Shown: in pieces, positions 24,389-38,180 of the stretch
How the letters are laid out: each line of letters begins with the position of its first letter
Numbering within the stretch: position 1 is the stretch's first letter
From: Cetorhinus maximus
Taxonomy: Eukaryota
DNA: 64,000 nt
Assembly (NCBI RefSeq): GCF_964194155.1
Contig: NC_135881.1
Span: 17,236,001 to 17,300,000 of the forward strand
Direction of reading: 5' to 3'
Notes under the pieces: generated by a model
What the model saw: only the letters and a program-made list of their open reading frames with translations
Databases searched by the model: none
What the model was told of the DNA's origin: nothing
Made by a program: the position numbers and the translations under genes

Positions 24389-25089
24389 ACACACCAAATT
24401 AGAGCGAGCGCGCACTCCGAGTTGGAGCGCGCACTCTGAGCTGGAGCGCGCACTCCGTGTTGGAGAGCCCAAACTGAAATGGAATGCACACATTGAACTG
24501 GACTGTACACTGGTGTAAAACATAAACTGAAAAATAAATTGGTTATATGTATTTTTGAAAATTTTAATTTTCCTAATACTTCACATCTATTAAATCCTCC
24601 ACTTGTCTCAAACCTGGAGTGACATTCTGAAATGAATTGGCAGCAATGAAGATGGTGATGTGATTCAATCACTAAACAAGCTTGGTAAACGCCAGAAATA
24701 CAACTGTCAGGTCAACATCAGACATGTCCCTTTTGCTGCTGAGTGCGCTCCAGGCCAGTGTAACAATCTTTTAAATGCCACAGCCTTGGCAATTAAATCT
24801 GTCCATACATAGTAAGGCCATTTAATTTCCAAAGGCTCCTGTTATTTACAGAAACTTACTCTCCCTGCTCTACAAATGTCTCTAAGGTGACCAAAGAGCA
24901 CTATTAAACTGTAAAAACCTATCGCAGCACTTGCACAAGACTGATTTCTGAAACAAAATTCCTTCTAGCTACAATACGATATATTGATGAACACTGGTCA
25001 GATTCTGGAGCAGGTGAGGGAACAGTATTTGAGAGTCATGCTACGATATTGATAGTGCTTAGTGATGTTTTACCTTCTGAATCAATGTA

Positions 25090-25415
25090 GCTTTAGGCTG
25101 AGGCCTTAAACCAAGGGCCCAACCGCCCCTGTCAGATGGACATAAAAGGTCTCTCTGCGCGATTCGGAGTAAGGCGGGTACATTCTCCCCCTGCACTCTA
25201 GCCGATATCTATTTATCAACTGACATCACTAACAAAGCAACTTAGACGGCCATTGCTGCTTGTGGGGCCTTGCTGTGGGCACTTGGGTGTCACGTTCCCT
25301 ACACTGCCACACTGACGCATACTAAACAAAAAAAGAAGCAAATTGGCTGTAAAGTGGTTTGTGATGTCTTGAGATCACGAAAGAGGCTATTTAAATGGAA
25401 GACGTTCCTTCCATC
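25090..25415 (+). mobile_element. Deu-domain SINE (SacSINE1/AmnSINE-like), representative decayed copy
   Basis: Motifs ATTGCTGCTTGTGGGGCCTTGCTGTG and ATTGGCTGTAAAG..TTTG; clearer copies at 32715-33185(-), 34030-34280(-), 48110-48400(-), 54255-55590(+), 56350-56760(+), 57500-58180(+). Confidence 0.7.
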
Positions 25416-25428
25416 TCTTTTGTATTAG

Positions 25429-25616
25429 GACTGCCATCTGAAGCAAGATACCACCTGGCTACAGTTCGATGTATTGACACACACTCACTAGACTCCGGAA
25501 GAGATGAGGGGGCAGCATTCAGGTATCGCACTTATGCTTACGACGAAGCAGTGCATAATATCCTTACAATCACTGGGGAAACACTTGGCGTGCAAAGTTT
25601 TATTTTGGAAGCTTGG
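25429..25616 (+). CDS. Possible isolated coding exon, unidentified
   Basis: TCTTTTGTATTAG acceptor, TGG|GTAATG donor, one open frame GLPSEARYHLATVRCIDTHSLDSGRDEGAAFRYRTYAYDEAVHNILTITGETLGVQSFILEAW; no partner exons confirmed. Confidence 0.25.
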
Positions 25617-25759
25617 GTAATGTCCCAATGGCTCCACTGTTTGGCATGTTTTCAGGTTTAAACAAAAAAGGCAGGAAGATGTAGCGTAATGCCTGGGAAA
25701 AACCCTGCCCCTAAGTGGCAGGAGTGAAGGAAGCTGAAACAAGGCATTTTCAAATTGAA

Positions 25760-25897
25760 TAAAAGCAAAACGCTGTGGATGCTCAAAATCTGAAACAAAA
25801 ACAGAAAATGCTGGAAAAACTCAGCGGGTCTGGCAGCGTCTGTGGAGAGAGAAAAACAGAGTTAATGTTTTGAGTCGGTATGACCCTTCTTCAGAGC
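25760..25897 (-). mobile_element. Penelope-type terminal-repeat fragment with degenerate minimal hammerhead
   Basis: Minus strand CTGAAGA-AGGGTCATACCGACTC-AAAAC (GAAA mutated) followed by the family body seen at 28012 and 54312. Confidence 0.75.
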
Positions 25898-25899
25898 TG

Positions 25900-26340
25900 G
25901 AGAAGTCTTGGTGCAATAACACGGACCATATTACAAAGGGATATCCAGGTACCGGAGAAAGGCGAGGAGTGACCTAACAGGGTTTTTAGATTCGGAGTAG
26001 ATTCGGAGAGAGTGTTCCCTCTTGTGGGGAAGAGCAAAGCGGGAGGCTATCAATATAAGATAGTCACCAAGAAATACAATAGGGAATTCAGAAATAATCT
26101 TCTTAACCCTCAGGGTGGTGAGAATGTGGAGCTCGCTACCACAGGGAGTGGTTGAAGTGAATCATTCGGATACACTTAAGGGGAAGCTAGAGACTTGCAT
26201 GTGGGAGAAGCGAATAGACGATTGCAATGATAGATTTAAATGAGGAAAGATGGGAGGAGGCACAAGTAGAACATAAACACCAGCATGGGCTGGTTGGGCT
26301 GAGTGGCCTGTTTCTGTGCTGTATCTCTTATCTAATCCTA
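25900..26340 (+). mobile_element. CR1 3' fragment
   Basis: TTCTTAACCCTCAGGGTGGTGAGAATGTGGAGCTCGCTACC and tail GGGCTGAGTGGCCTGTTTCTGTGCTGTA. Confidence 0.8.
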
Positions 26341-26377
26341 CGTACGTGCGAAGGAAGGGATGTCAGACAGTGGTTTG

Positions 26378-26627
26378 TGCTGCAAGGTTGTTTGGTGTCT
26401 CACTAAGAAGTCTGGAGGCTTGTGTGATTGAACGTAAACCATTTATTGTTAACACACAACTGTAGACCTATCTCCAAGTTGTAGCCCTAACTAGGTGCCA
26501 TCTTCATGCTGTCAGACACACTCTCGACACACAGTCTATCATCATGTGACTCTCTACGCCATCGCCATAACGTAGGTGTTACCCCAAACCCACATTAGCC
26601 CTTACTAACCCGAAAACTCTTAGGACA
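26378..26627 (-). mobile_element. Solo LTR of an LTR retrotransposon
   Basis: TG...CA termini, perfect 5-bp flanking duplication GTTTG (26373-26377 and 26628-26632), AATAAA on minus near 26442. Confidence 0.7.
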
Positions 26628-28011
26628 GTTTGCGTGCTGTCCTTTCACTCATAGACCCCAGACTAAGGTAATGGGTTGAAACTCATTTACCTTTAAGACT
26701 CCTAGCTGAAGTGAGATTGGGCCAGTCTCGACCTGGTGCTATTAGGCACAGGAATAATTCACCACTATTTAGTACCAAACTGTATTCCCAGCCCCTGAGA
26801 AAGGTTGGGGGAGAGAAGCAGCAATGTTTGTCCCATTTCTTGTCACAGCCCATTATATTTAGTCCTCATAATCATGAAAGGTAACTCTGTGTTCATAATA
26901 ATTGAAGAGGTGTTACTCATCTCACAACGTGTGCCTGGAAGGTATGCTGTAGAATACTAAAAAAGAAAAAGAACTTGCATTTTTATAGCGCCTTTTATGA
27001 TCTCAGGCCGTCCCAAAATGCTACAGGGCCAATGAAGTACCTTTCAAGGGCTGTGAGGTAGGAAATGTGACAGTCAGTTTGCAAGCAGCAAGGTTCCACA
27101 GACGTCAATGGAATAACCACCAGAGAGCTTGCATTTTTGTGGTGTTGCTTGAGGGGTAAATTATTGGCCAGGACATGGGGGATAACAGCCTTTTGACAGG
27201 TAGTTCCAGGTTTGAACAATGCCTCGTTGGAAAAGCACTTTCTGATTTCACTCCTAAATGGCTAGACCCTAACGTTAAGTCTTTTCCCCTTTCTTTATGG
27301 TTTGCCCGAACCAGGAAGAATAACCTGTCCGCACTGATTCCCTTGATCGTTTCAAAGCCCTTGATTAGATCACCCCTCAACCATCTGGACTCGAAAAGCA
27401 GTTTGACGCCTCATAACTTAGCCTTTTAAGCGCTGCTCAGTTAGTCTCTGTGGATCTGAATGAACATTATCCCCTGCAGCCGAGTGTTCTGGTTTCACAA
27501 TAACACGATGTCATTCCTGGAGACAGCATTCTTCTGACTCCAGCGGTTAGTGTTTGAAAATGGAATGCTGCAGGTTAGTCGGAGTCAGGCTAAGAACATC
27601 TCCGAGGGATGCTGTAAGACGTGACTGACAAGGTGTTAACTGATCAACTCTCTCAGTGTGTCATCAGCGGAGTGCTCCACTCTGTGGCTGAACTGGGCAA
27701 TCTTTCAGCTGAGTTTTTGGAGAGTGGGAACAGAGTGGGGGGGAAAAAAGTAACTCTTTCGAGTTATCAACAGATCGCATGTAACTCTTTCGAGTACATT
27801 CACAGTTCTTGGTTTTCCAGGAGTGGGACATGAACCCACAACCTTCTGACTCAAAGGCGAGGGTGCTATGAACTGAGCCACAGCTGACACCTCCGGGGGA
27901 AAAAAAAAGTACTTGAACAGTAACTTTGGAGATTCTAATCAGGTCAGCTGCAAAGATTTGCTGCACTCCCCCAGCCCTACAACCCACCGAGACCTCCCCT
28001 GTTTTTGCAAG

Positions 28012-28205
28012 ATAAAAGCAAAATACTGCGGATGCCGGAAATCTGAAACAAAAACAAAAACAAAATTAAAAATAGCTGGAAAAACTCAGCAGGTCTGACA
28101 GCATCTGATGAAGAGTCATAGGGACTCGAAACATTAACTGTATTCCTCTCCGCAGATACTGTCAGACCTGCAGAGTTTTTCCAGCTATTTCTATTTTTGC
28201 TTTTG
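28012..28205. mobile_element. Inverted pair of Penelope-type terminal repeats enclosing a hammerhead core
   Basis: AATAGCTGGAAAAACTCAGCAGGTCTGACAGCATCTG is inverted relative to CAGATACTGTCAGACCTGCAGAGTTTTTCCAGCTATT. Confidence 0.8.
28105..28138 (+). ncRNA. Minimal Penelope-type hammerhead ribozyme motif
   Basis: CTGATGA-A-GAGTC(ATAGG)GACTC-GAAAC-ATTAAC: both core boxes and stem II intact; stem III has CGTT>CATT. Confidence 0.65.
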
Positions 28206-29984
28206 CCCCTGTTTCTCCAACTCTGGCCTCTTGCAAATCCACAATTTTCATCGTTCCACAATTCACACCCATGCCTTCAACTTCCTAGTCCCTAAACACT
28301 GGAATTCACACCCTTAACCTCTCTGCCTCTCTCTCCCTTTAAGACACTCTTTAAAACCTACCTCTTCTACCAGGCTTTGGTGTCACCTGTCCTAATATCA
28401 CGTTATGTGGCTCGGGTAGAGATAATTTTGAAGTAAATAAGCTATTTAACCTAATGAGCATAGTACAGTAGGACACAGGTACAAAAATACGTCTTTCCCC
28501 CACAAGATAGTGAGTATTTGGATAGACTCCCAGTGAAGGCAGCTCAGCATCAATTGGCATTTTCAAAAGGTGCCAAACTGATATCTGTTGACTGGGATAT
28601 TGAGGATGATGGAGCTACTAACAGCACTTCTTTATTTTATTTCAGAGGAGTTAGGGGAAAAAACTTGCCATGCTTGGAATAGTGGGTGATAGTGTGATAG
28701 GCAGTCCATGACACACAGACTCTGGAAAATGTACAATGGGCTGAATGGCCTTTTCTAACTAGGGCTGTATTGGACCTTTCTTGATGCCAGTCTGTCCAAA
28801 GCATTCTGTAACTTGGTTTTACCCATTCCAGTCATGACATTCCCACAACGGGCACTGAGTTGCATGTCAACAAGTCATGGATCGAATCAAGCATTATCTG
28901 TTAACACAGTGTCCAATTTCCAGGAACTGCTGCCCATCATCTCAACATACTTTGCATGTTTTTAATACCAAGACCTTTGAGCCGCATCGATTTATTTTAT
29001 TTAGCAGAGCTGCCGAATTGTCCCAGTTGAGTTTTTGCAGGTCAGGGTTGGGTTTTAAGCTCACTGTGTACTCTGATTCATTCTGCTGTTGTTTCCAAGC
29101 TGTTGTTGCTTAATGCAATGGTCCTGCAGCAATCCAGCCTCAGCTTTCAATGAGACAGCCTGGAGTCTCATGGGGGCTCAAGTGGTCATTATCCTCCCTC
29201 ATGTTGTTCCTCCTCTTTCACAACACTTGTAGTCAGCATCCAGCTCTGTAACAATCTATCAACGTTTCCACTCTGACTCCACCAGGTCTCTGGATGGCAA
29301 ACTAATAGTTTCCTATCGTTCTAATCCAATAGGTTTGAATCCCTCCTGCATATTTAAAATTTCTTGCACGGAAATGCATGATACCTTCTCCCCAGGGTTC
29401 CTAGAATCTGACAGTGCAGAAGGAGACCAATCTGCCCATCAAGCCTGTGCCACCTCTTCGAAAGTTTTGCATCTGTATAGCATATGCAATTTAGTATTGA
29501 ATCTGCGTCTAACATCCTTTCAGGCGGCGCATTCCGGATCATAGCAACGCAATGTATAAAACAATCCTCCTCATCTACCCACCGCCTTCCCCCTTCATTT
29601 TTTGCCATTTATCTTAAGGGTGTCCCCTCTGGTAACCAACCCTTCTGCTGGTAAAAACAGTTCCTTATCATTTACTCAATCAACACCCTTCGTAATTTTT
29701 GACAATTCTATTGAATCTCCTCTTAGCCTTCTACGACCAAATAATTAGGGGTACCCTATTACAAGATCAAACAACTAATTCATTCTTAGCCAGTACAACT
29801 GCCATATTTGTCCCAACAACACACAACCCATTCCTGTATGCTTTCATCTGGTAGCGTTTAAAGACAAAGGTCCAAAATATATCTAGAGCATCAGATATTG
29901 CTAGTGGGAAGAACCAGTGGCAAATGGTCAGTGCTGGTGTCTGTTATTGTGTTTTTCATTTTACTGCCATGCGACACCAAAGCA

Positions 29985-30445
29985 AAGGTTTGGTTCCTGG
30001 GATGAGAGGATTGTCCTATGCTGAGAGGCTGAGTAAGTTGGGCTTATATTCTCGGGAGTTTAGAAGTTTGAGTGGCGATCTCATTGAAACCTACAAGATT
30101 CCGAAGGGATTTGACAGGGGAAGACGCGGAGCGGTTGTTTCCCTTGGCTGAGGAATCTCAAACACCAGGGCACAACCTCAGGAGGAGAGGTTGATCATTT
30201 AGGGCTGAGGTGAGGATTTCTTCACTCAGATGGTTGGGAAACTTTGAAATTGTCTATCCCGGAGGATGTTCCACTGTCGAGAGTATACTCAAGGCTGAGA
30301 TTGCCAGATTTTGTTTTAACCTCTCAGGGAACCAAGGCATATGGAGCAGGAAAGTGGTGTTAAGATAGATGATCAGCCATGAACTTATTGAATGATGGAG
30401 CAGGTTCAATGGGCTGGATGGCCTACTCTTATTCCTGACATTCTT
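29985..30445 (+). mobile_element. CR1 3' fragment
   Basis: LVPGMRGLSYAERLSKLGLYSREFRSLSGDLIETYKI plus tail. Confidence 0.88.
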
Positions 30446-33400
30446 AAATCAGCAATCAGTTGTCTCTGTATAAATGTTTTCTTCTTTGATTAAGTTGATT
30501 ACAACTTTGGCTGAATGACTGAAGAATACCCCCAGATCTTGTAACTTCAAACCTGCTACCCAATACTATGCTCAATAGAAGGACCCCAGTATTGCTTCTT
30601 TTGTTTTAATGATGGGTTTGTGCACCAGGGGGTGTCTAATGGGAATAGTAGCTTGATATTTCAGCACCTGCAGGATGCAAAGTTTCTCTGCAAGGTAAAC
30701 GGTCATCTTTAAAATGAAAGCAGATTTGGCCGTATTAGTTTCTTTTCACAGATATAGAAAAAGATTAGCCTTTATTTCAATGACCATTGGAATATTGTAT
30801 AACAGTACTGAAAAAGACTTGAGAATAAATCACTCTGGGAGTGCAATTGAGCACAACGTTGGGTAGCAGGATTGAAGATACAAGATCTGAGGTGTTTTTC
30901 AGTCATTCAGCGAAAGTTCCAATCAACTTACTCAAAGGAGGAAAGGTTTATACATTGGCAACCGATTGCCGACTGAAGAATAAATCTACCTCATTTTTTT
31001 TTAAGAAAAGACAGGTTTTCATTGTTCAATTGTGTCTTAGAAATTTCTGGAATCCCCCAGTCCAAAATCGAACAGTGTCACCACAAAATGAGTGGGCTTA
31101 TCGAGGTTTGGGGTCTAAAGGGGAAATAGTTATTATGTTCAGCTAGGAGAAGCTGGGATCGGTTGCTTTTGAAATGAGAAAGTTGAGTGGAGGTTTAATA
31201 GAGGTGCTGAAAATTAGGAGGGGTTTTGATGAAGTAAAGAACTATTTTCACAAGCTGGTAACCAGAGGATACACATTAAAGATAATTTGGCTAAAGAACT
31301 TGAGGAAAAATTGTTTTTGCCGATGTGATCTGGAATGCATTGCTTGAAGGGGTGATGGAAGCAGATTCAATCGGCACTTTTTAAGGAGGGTCGGATGAAT
31401 ACTGGAAATGGAAAGATTTGCAGGGCTACGGGAGACGGGACGATGGATAGCCCTTTCAAAGAGCTGGCACAAACACAGTGGGCTGAATGGCCTCCTCGGT
31501 TCTATAAATATATTCTGCAGTAAATTATTTATAGCTGAGAATTCAGAAGCCATCTTGGCCTGAGTTCTGCTGTTTTGCAAAAATGGAAGTAACTCGGGCT
31601 CTAAGTGCAATGCGGTGAAAGGACACAGAGAGACATCAGCTATTTCGTGTAAACAGGTTGAAAGTGTCAGATATTATGGAACTTGGAGTTCAGCCCACTG
31701 TAGAAAGCACTGATCCAAACAGCAATACCAAGTTGGCAGTGTCACCCCTAGACTGCGGTGAATTTACAAATGATCTTGTAACTCGCTCAAGGGACTAGTT
31801 AGTCCACCAATAAAGTAACATACAAATGCTACTTCCCTTCAAAAGATAAATCATTCCAGTACATTGTTTCACTTGCTCGGAATCCTTTCTTATCCTATTG
31901 TAAAACAAAATGTGTGTTGCACAATCCAGAACTATAGAATAAAATTATTACAATTCAATTTGATTTAAACTTTTTACCTAACTCTCAAAGTAACAGTTTC
32001 TTCAAACCCTGGCTATATTCCCTGTTACCTCAATTCTTTAGGACAAAACGACAGGTTAAAATTAGGTCTTGATTTTCTTTTTAAGCCTGAGCTGCTATTT
32101 TGGCAAACAAAAAATCCTCCTGTTTACAGATTCCCTGCGCTTGTTAACACCGATCACACATTAATTTCAAATAATTTCAAGACTTTAGCTTTATTTATAT
32201 CCTTTTGATTCCCAGTGCTGTGGAATAAAACATTGTGTCGCCCAGAATAAACTCACTCCTGGGCCAAGCTATTGGAGTGATGCTGAGTATGAGTCACTTT
32301 ACTCTGCTCCAATGCTGTACTTTAACTCCTGATACACGAGTCTGCCACGCTCCATTTCCAGACAGCCTCTGTTCATTCAGGCTGAGATTGCCAATGCGTG
32401 ACAATAAAGTTTGTACTTATATGGTACCTTCTCAGCCTCTAAGAGGCATCCCAAATCACTCATGCTCGCTTTTTGTTACATAAACAAATGTGCCAGCCAG
32501 TTTACACCAACGAAATGAATGCTCAGCCAATGTCTTTCAGTGGTGTTTTCCAATGGATAATTATTGGTTACGATCCCAGGGAATCCCCTAATCTTCTGCT
32601 GTGTACTAGAACAAGCAGAAAGGGCTTAGGTTTGATGTCTCACTTGAAGGATACAATCCAGTGTTACTTTCCACTGAGCTGGTTTTGTGTTGTGGGGGTG
32701 AGGCTATTGGAAAGAAATACTTGCATTTATATAAGCACCTTTCATGACATCTTAAAGTACATCAAAGCCAATGCAGTACTTCCAAAGTGTAGGCGGTGCA
32801 GACTCGATGGGCCGAAGGGCCTCTTCTGCACTCTGTGATTCTGTGATTGTTGTAATATGGAAAATGTTGTAGCCAATCCGTGTCCAACAAGCTCCCACAA
32901 ATAAGAACATGATAATGACCAGATAAAGTATTTTGGTGATGTTGGTTGAGGGATAAATATTGACCAAAGAGAACACTCCCACTCTTTCTTGAAATAGCAT
33001 CATGGGATTCTTCACAGCCACCTGTCGGGGCTTCAGTTTAAACATCTCACGAAATAGGGCTGCTTCAACAGTGCAACACTCCCTCAGTGCTGCACAGTCA
33101 AGATTTGTCTCTGGTGTGGGAGTCAAACCCACAACCTTCTAATTCAGAGCGGAGAGAGATACCAACTGAGCTACAGCTGGCACATATAGATTTAGACTGC
33201 TCTCCAACAGAGAGAGGATGGAAGGAAACTTTCATTCCGTCAATGTTAGCTGTATTCAGACTCAGGAGTCGGAATTGGCACAGGATGCTAAGCGACTGAA
33301 TCTAGCAACCCCCTGGCACTATCCCCTTCCAAAAGCACGCTAGGGTAGAGTCCCTTCCACATATCAATAGAAGTCTTTGTTTGTCGATGGCACTAAACAC

Positions 33401-34954
33401 TTAAATATAACATATCATTCAGTCTACCTCAATCAAACTCTGAGTGAATTAAATCCAATCAGAACTCCTTTCAAATCCCGCACTAGTTTGACAATCAGAG
33501 AGCTGTGGAAATTGAAAGATGCCTTCTATCAGAGCCGCTCTTAAAATGGAAGGTACAAATAATTATGATTACCTACGACATCCTTGTTTTGTTCTGTTTC
33601 TCCTCCTTGTCACTTATTCTTTCCAGTGAGTGTGGTCAGCAGAGATTGAGTCATTGGGGGCCAGGGAGGATTCAGCATCAGCTGCATGTGTACACGCTGC
33701 TCTCTGGGTTTATTAATACTTCCAGACAGGTTTCAAGGTGATACTATCAACGCTCACTTTTTACACAAAAAGTTCTTCAAAAAGTTGGTCAAAATGCAGC
33801 AGCCTTTAATATCAAACACGTGCCTTTACAGCAGCTTTTATTAAATACGGATTCCTGATGCTGAAACGCGCAGTTGCACATTTTATGGTGCAAATGCATT
33901 TTTTTAAAAATAGGCTGAAGTGGGTTTCATGGAGGCACATTGCTGGGTTTGACCCTTATATCCATGACCCAGCCTCAATATCAGAGTGATAGCCGGTCTA
34001 CAATCTGCAGAACAAATGAGAGAACAAAAGAATGCAGCATTTTTCACAACTTCCGCACATCACAGCCCAGTTTAAGGCTAATGAAGAACTTTTTTTGACG
34101 TGTAGTCACTGTTGTAATGTAAGAAACGCCGACGCCAATTTGCGCACAGCAAGCTCCCACAAACAGCAATATGCTAATGATCAGCTAATCTGTTTTTTTT
34201 AGGTTGAGGGATAAATATTGGCCAGGATGCTAAGGAGAACTCCCCTGCTCTTCTTTGAAATAATGCCAAAGGACCTTATAAGTCCTTTCCTTTCCCCAGT
34301 AACCCTGTTGTCAATTGTGCAGCTGTAAACAATGAACTCAACAGAGACCAGGGTTCAAACCAGGTACCTTCCACTTCTGTATGACACGGTGCCATATAAC
34401 ATATTAACCCCCTGTTATTAGCACAGTCCTAAAAAGAACATTTTCATCCTGAATAACAAAATTATTCTCTTTCTCTCTTGTAGCTGGCAGTGAGCAGAAA
34501 CAAGTGATTCAATCTTCAGGTCCTTTTGACATTCATAAATCACTCAGGCACTTGACGTCACCAGGCACACTGAATTGAATTACAGGCCTGTAATTCACTT
34601 TTACATATCCATTATTCCCAGTGTAATTTTGTACCAAACACGGCAAACATGTCATTCAACACACAGCAGCCTTTAACAATTGCAGCTCTTTAAGAACAAG
34701 AAGAAAACTTTACAAGCCCTGGCTCACTCCTTCCTTCCTCAATTACGAAACCAAACTGATGTCCAAGGTGCCTAATGTAAGGTCAAAAAGAAGAGATGGG
34801 AAGGCGATGAGGGAAAAATCGAGAAGCAGTCAATTGATGATAGGTTTTAACAGACTGCAGTACGCAGCTGAGGGAGCTGAGCTGTAAAAGAATGAGTTTA
34901 GAAGGGGAGACAGGGAAGTGCTGAGTTCGAATTTGAATTTCAATTGGAACAACA

Positions 34955-35295
34955 ATAACTTGCATTTATATAGCCCTTTTAACGTAGTAAAATGTCCCAA
35001 GGCACTTCACAGGAGTGGAATCAGACAAAAATTGACACCGAGCCACATAAGGAGGCATTAGGGCAGATGACCAAACGCTTGGTCAAAAGAGGTAGCGCTC
35101 GGGCAATGTTCTAAAGGGGGGAGAGACAGGGGTAAAGAGGTGGAGTTTAGGAAGGGAATTCCAGAGTTTAGGGCCAAGGCAGCTCACAGCCACCACAGCT
35201 GGAATAAAGGCCAGAATTGGAGGGGCACAGACCTCAGAGGGCTTTTGAGCTGAAGGAGGCCACAGAGATAGGAGGACGGAAGGATTTGAGCATAA
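34955..35295 (-). mobile_element. L2 LINE 3' end
   Basis: SCLGPKLWNSLPK; tail GCTATATAAATGCAAGTTATTGTTG on minus; similar to 59570-60030. Confidence 0.8.
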
Positions 35296-35359
35296 GAATA
35301 AGGGCTGGGGGGGGGGGGGGGCAAATTCATCCATTGCCCCCTATCAGCATAGAGACATT

Positions 35360-35490
35360 GGCTGGGATTTTGCGGCCCCGCTGTAGCAGTACCCGCCCAA
35401 TGGCGGGATGCGGCCGTCCAGCCAAAAGCCCACCGACCTTCGGCAGGACCGGACAATCCCGGTGGTGGGCGGGGCCAGAAAATCCCACCC
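35360..35490. mobile_element. Short Harbinger-type MITE
   Basis: TIRs GGCTGGGATTTT / AAAATCCCACCC; flanks ATT/ATC. Confidence 0.7.
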
Positions 35491-37639
35491 ATCGCCTGAG
35501 GGAGAGTGGGATGGAGTCGGTGTCGCAAGTTGCTTTCTCACTGAGCGTGGCTGAATGATTCCCCCTGACGGGTATTTATTCTGACAGCGGATGATTTCCA
35601 CTTGCAGCACATTTCCGCTTTTCAGTTGTACTCAACATATACACTGTAACAAGAGACCACAGCGGTATATTTAAAAAAAGTGAGAGAGAAAGGCACAATA
35701 TCAAGTTTCAGCAACACGTCGGTGCCGCTTATATTCAGATATCGTCCCTTTGCAACATCTTGTGTTCCTTAATATGACTTCAATGAGGGAGCTGCAGCCG
35801 GGCCTGACTTAACTAACGCTACAGGTTTATAATTATTGTGTCTGTATTTTGAGTGATACACAAGGATGAGGGGACAATGCCATGAGGAGAGACAGAGTAC
35901 AATGGGCTTCTATTCCCTGAAGGTTAGAAGAATGAGAGGTGATCTCATAGGGTATAACATTTTTTTTTAAAAGAGGGCTTGACAGGGAATTTGCTGTGAG
36001 GATGCTCCCTCCTGGCTGGATTGTGCAGAATTAGGGGGGGGGTCATAGTCTCGGGACAAGGCTGCAGCCATTTAGGACTAAGATGTGGAGAAATTTATTC
36101 ACATGGAAGGTTCTGTACCCCAGTCATTGAGTAACTTCAAGAATTGAGGTCAATTAAGTTTTGGACACTAAGTGAATCAAGAGTAAGGGGATCGGGTGGA
36201 AAAAAGGAGCAGAGGTAGGAGATCAGCCATGATCCTGTTGAACAAAGGGGTGGGCCTGAGGGGCCATATGAACTGCTCCAGCTCCTATATCTTAATATTC
36301 TTAATCTTATCAGACTGCAGCAAGGTATGACAAAATTCTCCATCCCTGCTCAAATCACCAAAATAACAAGGCTACAAAACAACAGGGCTGCAAAACTCCC
36401 TCACACACACACACATGTGCCACACCCACTCAGCAGGCTATTGACAAAATGTGACCAAACCAGAGGGAAAGAATTTCCTGAGTGTGATCACTCACACACA
36501 ACCTGCCACCTGCCCCAAAATTGGCAGCTGACAATACTCAGAAACACTCGGCAGGACACCTGACTATGTAAATCAGGAGCCTGACACCTGTTTGAGGGCA
36601 TCACTGCCAAATTCATGCTCCAAGCATGCATTGCTCAATTTTTTAACCGGTTTGCAGTGACAATCAACAGCTTACAGTCATAGAATTGAACCATAAAATG
36701 GTTCCACCACAACAGGAGGCTATTTGGCCCATCAAGTCCATGCTGGCTCTCAACAGGAGATATTTAGCTAGTCCCACTCCCTCAACCTTCCCCATAGCCC
36801 TGATTGTTTTTTCCCCTTCAGATACTTATCCAATTCTCTTTTGAAAACCACAATTAACTCTGCCTGCGCCACACCCTCAGGCAGTGCATTCCAGACCCTA
36901 ATCAGTCACTATGTCAAAAAGTTTCTCCATGTCACCTTTGATTCTTTTGCCAATCACTTTAAATCCTCCACCAATGGGAACAATTTCTCTCCATCTACTC
37001 TTTCTAGGCTTTGTAAAACAATCCGACAGTTGATGACTTGTATCCGCCTATTTAATTTTAGAAATTTCCTTTCTATCCAGCATCTGTTTAAAGCCAACAA
37101 GGTCAATCCTTAATCTGCTTTCATTCATGCTTTTCATAAAGCAGTCATTATCCCACAATGAACAATTGTCCATATAACGTTCAAAGGCTACATTACCTTC
37201 AGTATACCGTTCAGTTTACATCGCTTTTGGAAAGCAATAGTTCGGTCAACACTAACAGCCACTTGGGCAAGGGTGGATTAATTAAAGACATTACTTTAAT
37301 TAAAGAAAATGAAAGAGTTAAATTAAAGAAAGCCAGCATGGATTATTAAAGGCAAATGGTGTTTAACTAACTTGATAGAGTTTTTTGGAGAGGTGACAGA
37401 GGGGGTTGATGACACTAATGAGGTTGATGCACCTCTGTAATTTCCCTGAAAATTTGCTCCTCCACATCATTCCCCCTGGTGGCCTGATTCCAGTAGTGCA
37501 GTCTCGTGCAGCACGCGAGAGGAAAGAAGATGCCTTTGAACCTATGCTTCCCAAAGGTCTGCACCACTGCAGGCGTTTTCCTCATGTTAATCCTGAGTCT
37601 GTTGTAGACTATTTACTATATTTAAGAGACATATTTATG

Positions 37640-38180
37640 ATTAGTCCTATGTGCAGTTCTGGTCACCACATTACAGGAAGGATGTAATTTCGTTCATGAG
37701 GGTACAGAGGAGATTTACGAGGATGTTACCAGGACTGGAAAATTGCAGCTATGAGGAAAGATTGGATAAGCTGGGGTTGTTCTCCTTGGAACAGCGGAGG
37801 CTGAGGTGAGATTTGATTGAGATGTACAGAGTTGGGAGGGGCCTGGATAGAGCAGATGGGAAGGGCCTATTTACTTCAGCAGAGAGGCAGGTGACAAGGG
37901 GGCATAGGTTTAAAGTGATTGGTAGAAAGATGAGAGAGAGGAGATGGGGAAAACTGTTTTCACCCGGAGGGTTGTGGGGGTCTGGAACTCACTGCCTGAA
38001 AGGGTAGTAGAGGTAGAAGCCCTCAACTCATTTAAAAGGTGTCTGGATATGCACCTCACTGTAAACTGCAGGGCTACGGACAAAACGCTGGAAAGTGGGA
38101 TTAGGCTGGGTGACTTGTTTATCAGCAGACAGAATATCCAAGTGACCTCTCTGTGCCATAAACTTTTAATGATTCTATGA
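37640..38180 (+). mobile_element. CR1 3' fragment
   Basis: LIEMYRVGRGLDRADGKGLF, VFTRRVVGVWNSLPERVVE. Confidence 0.88.
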
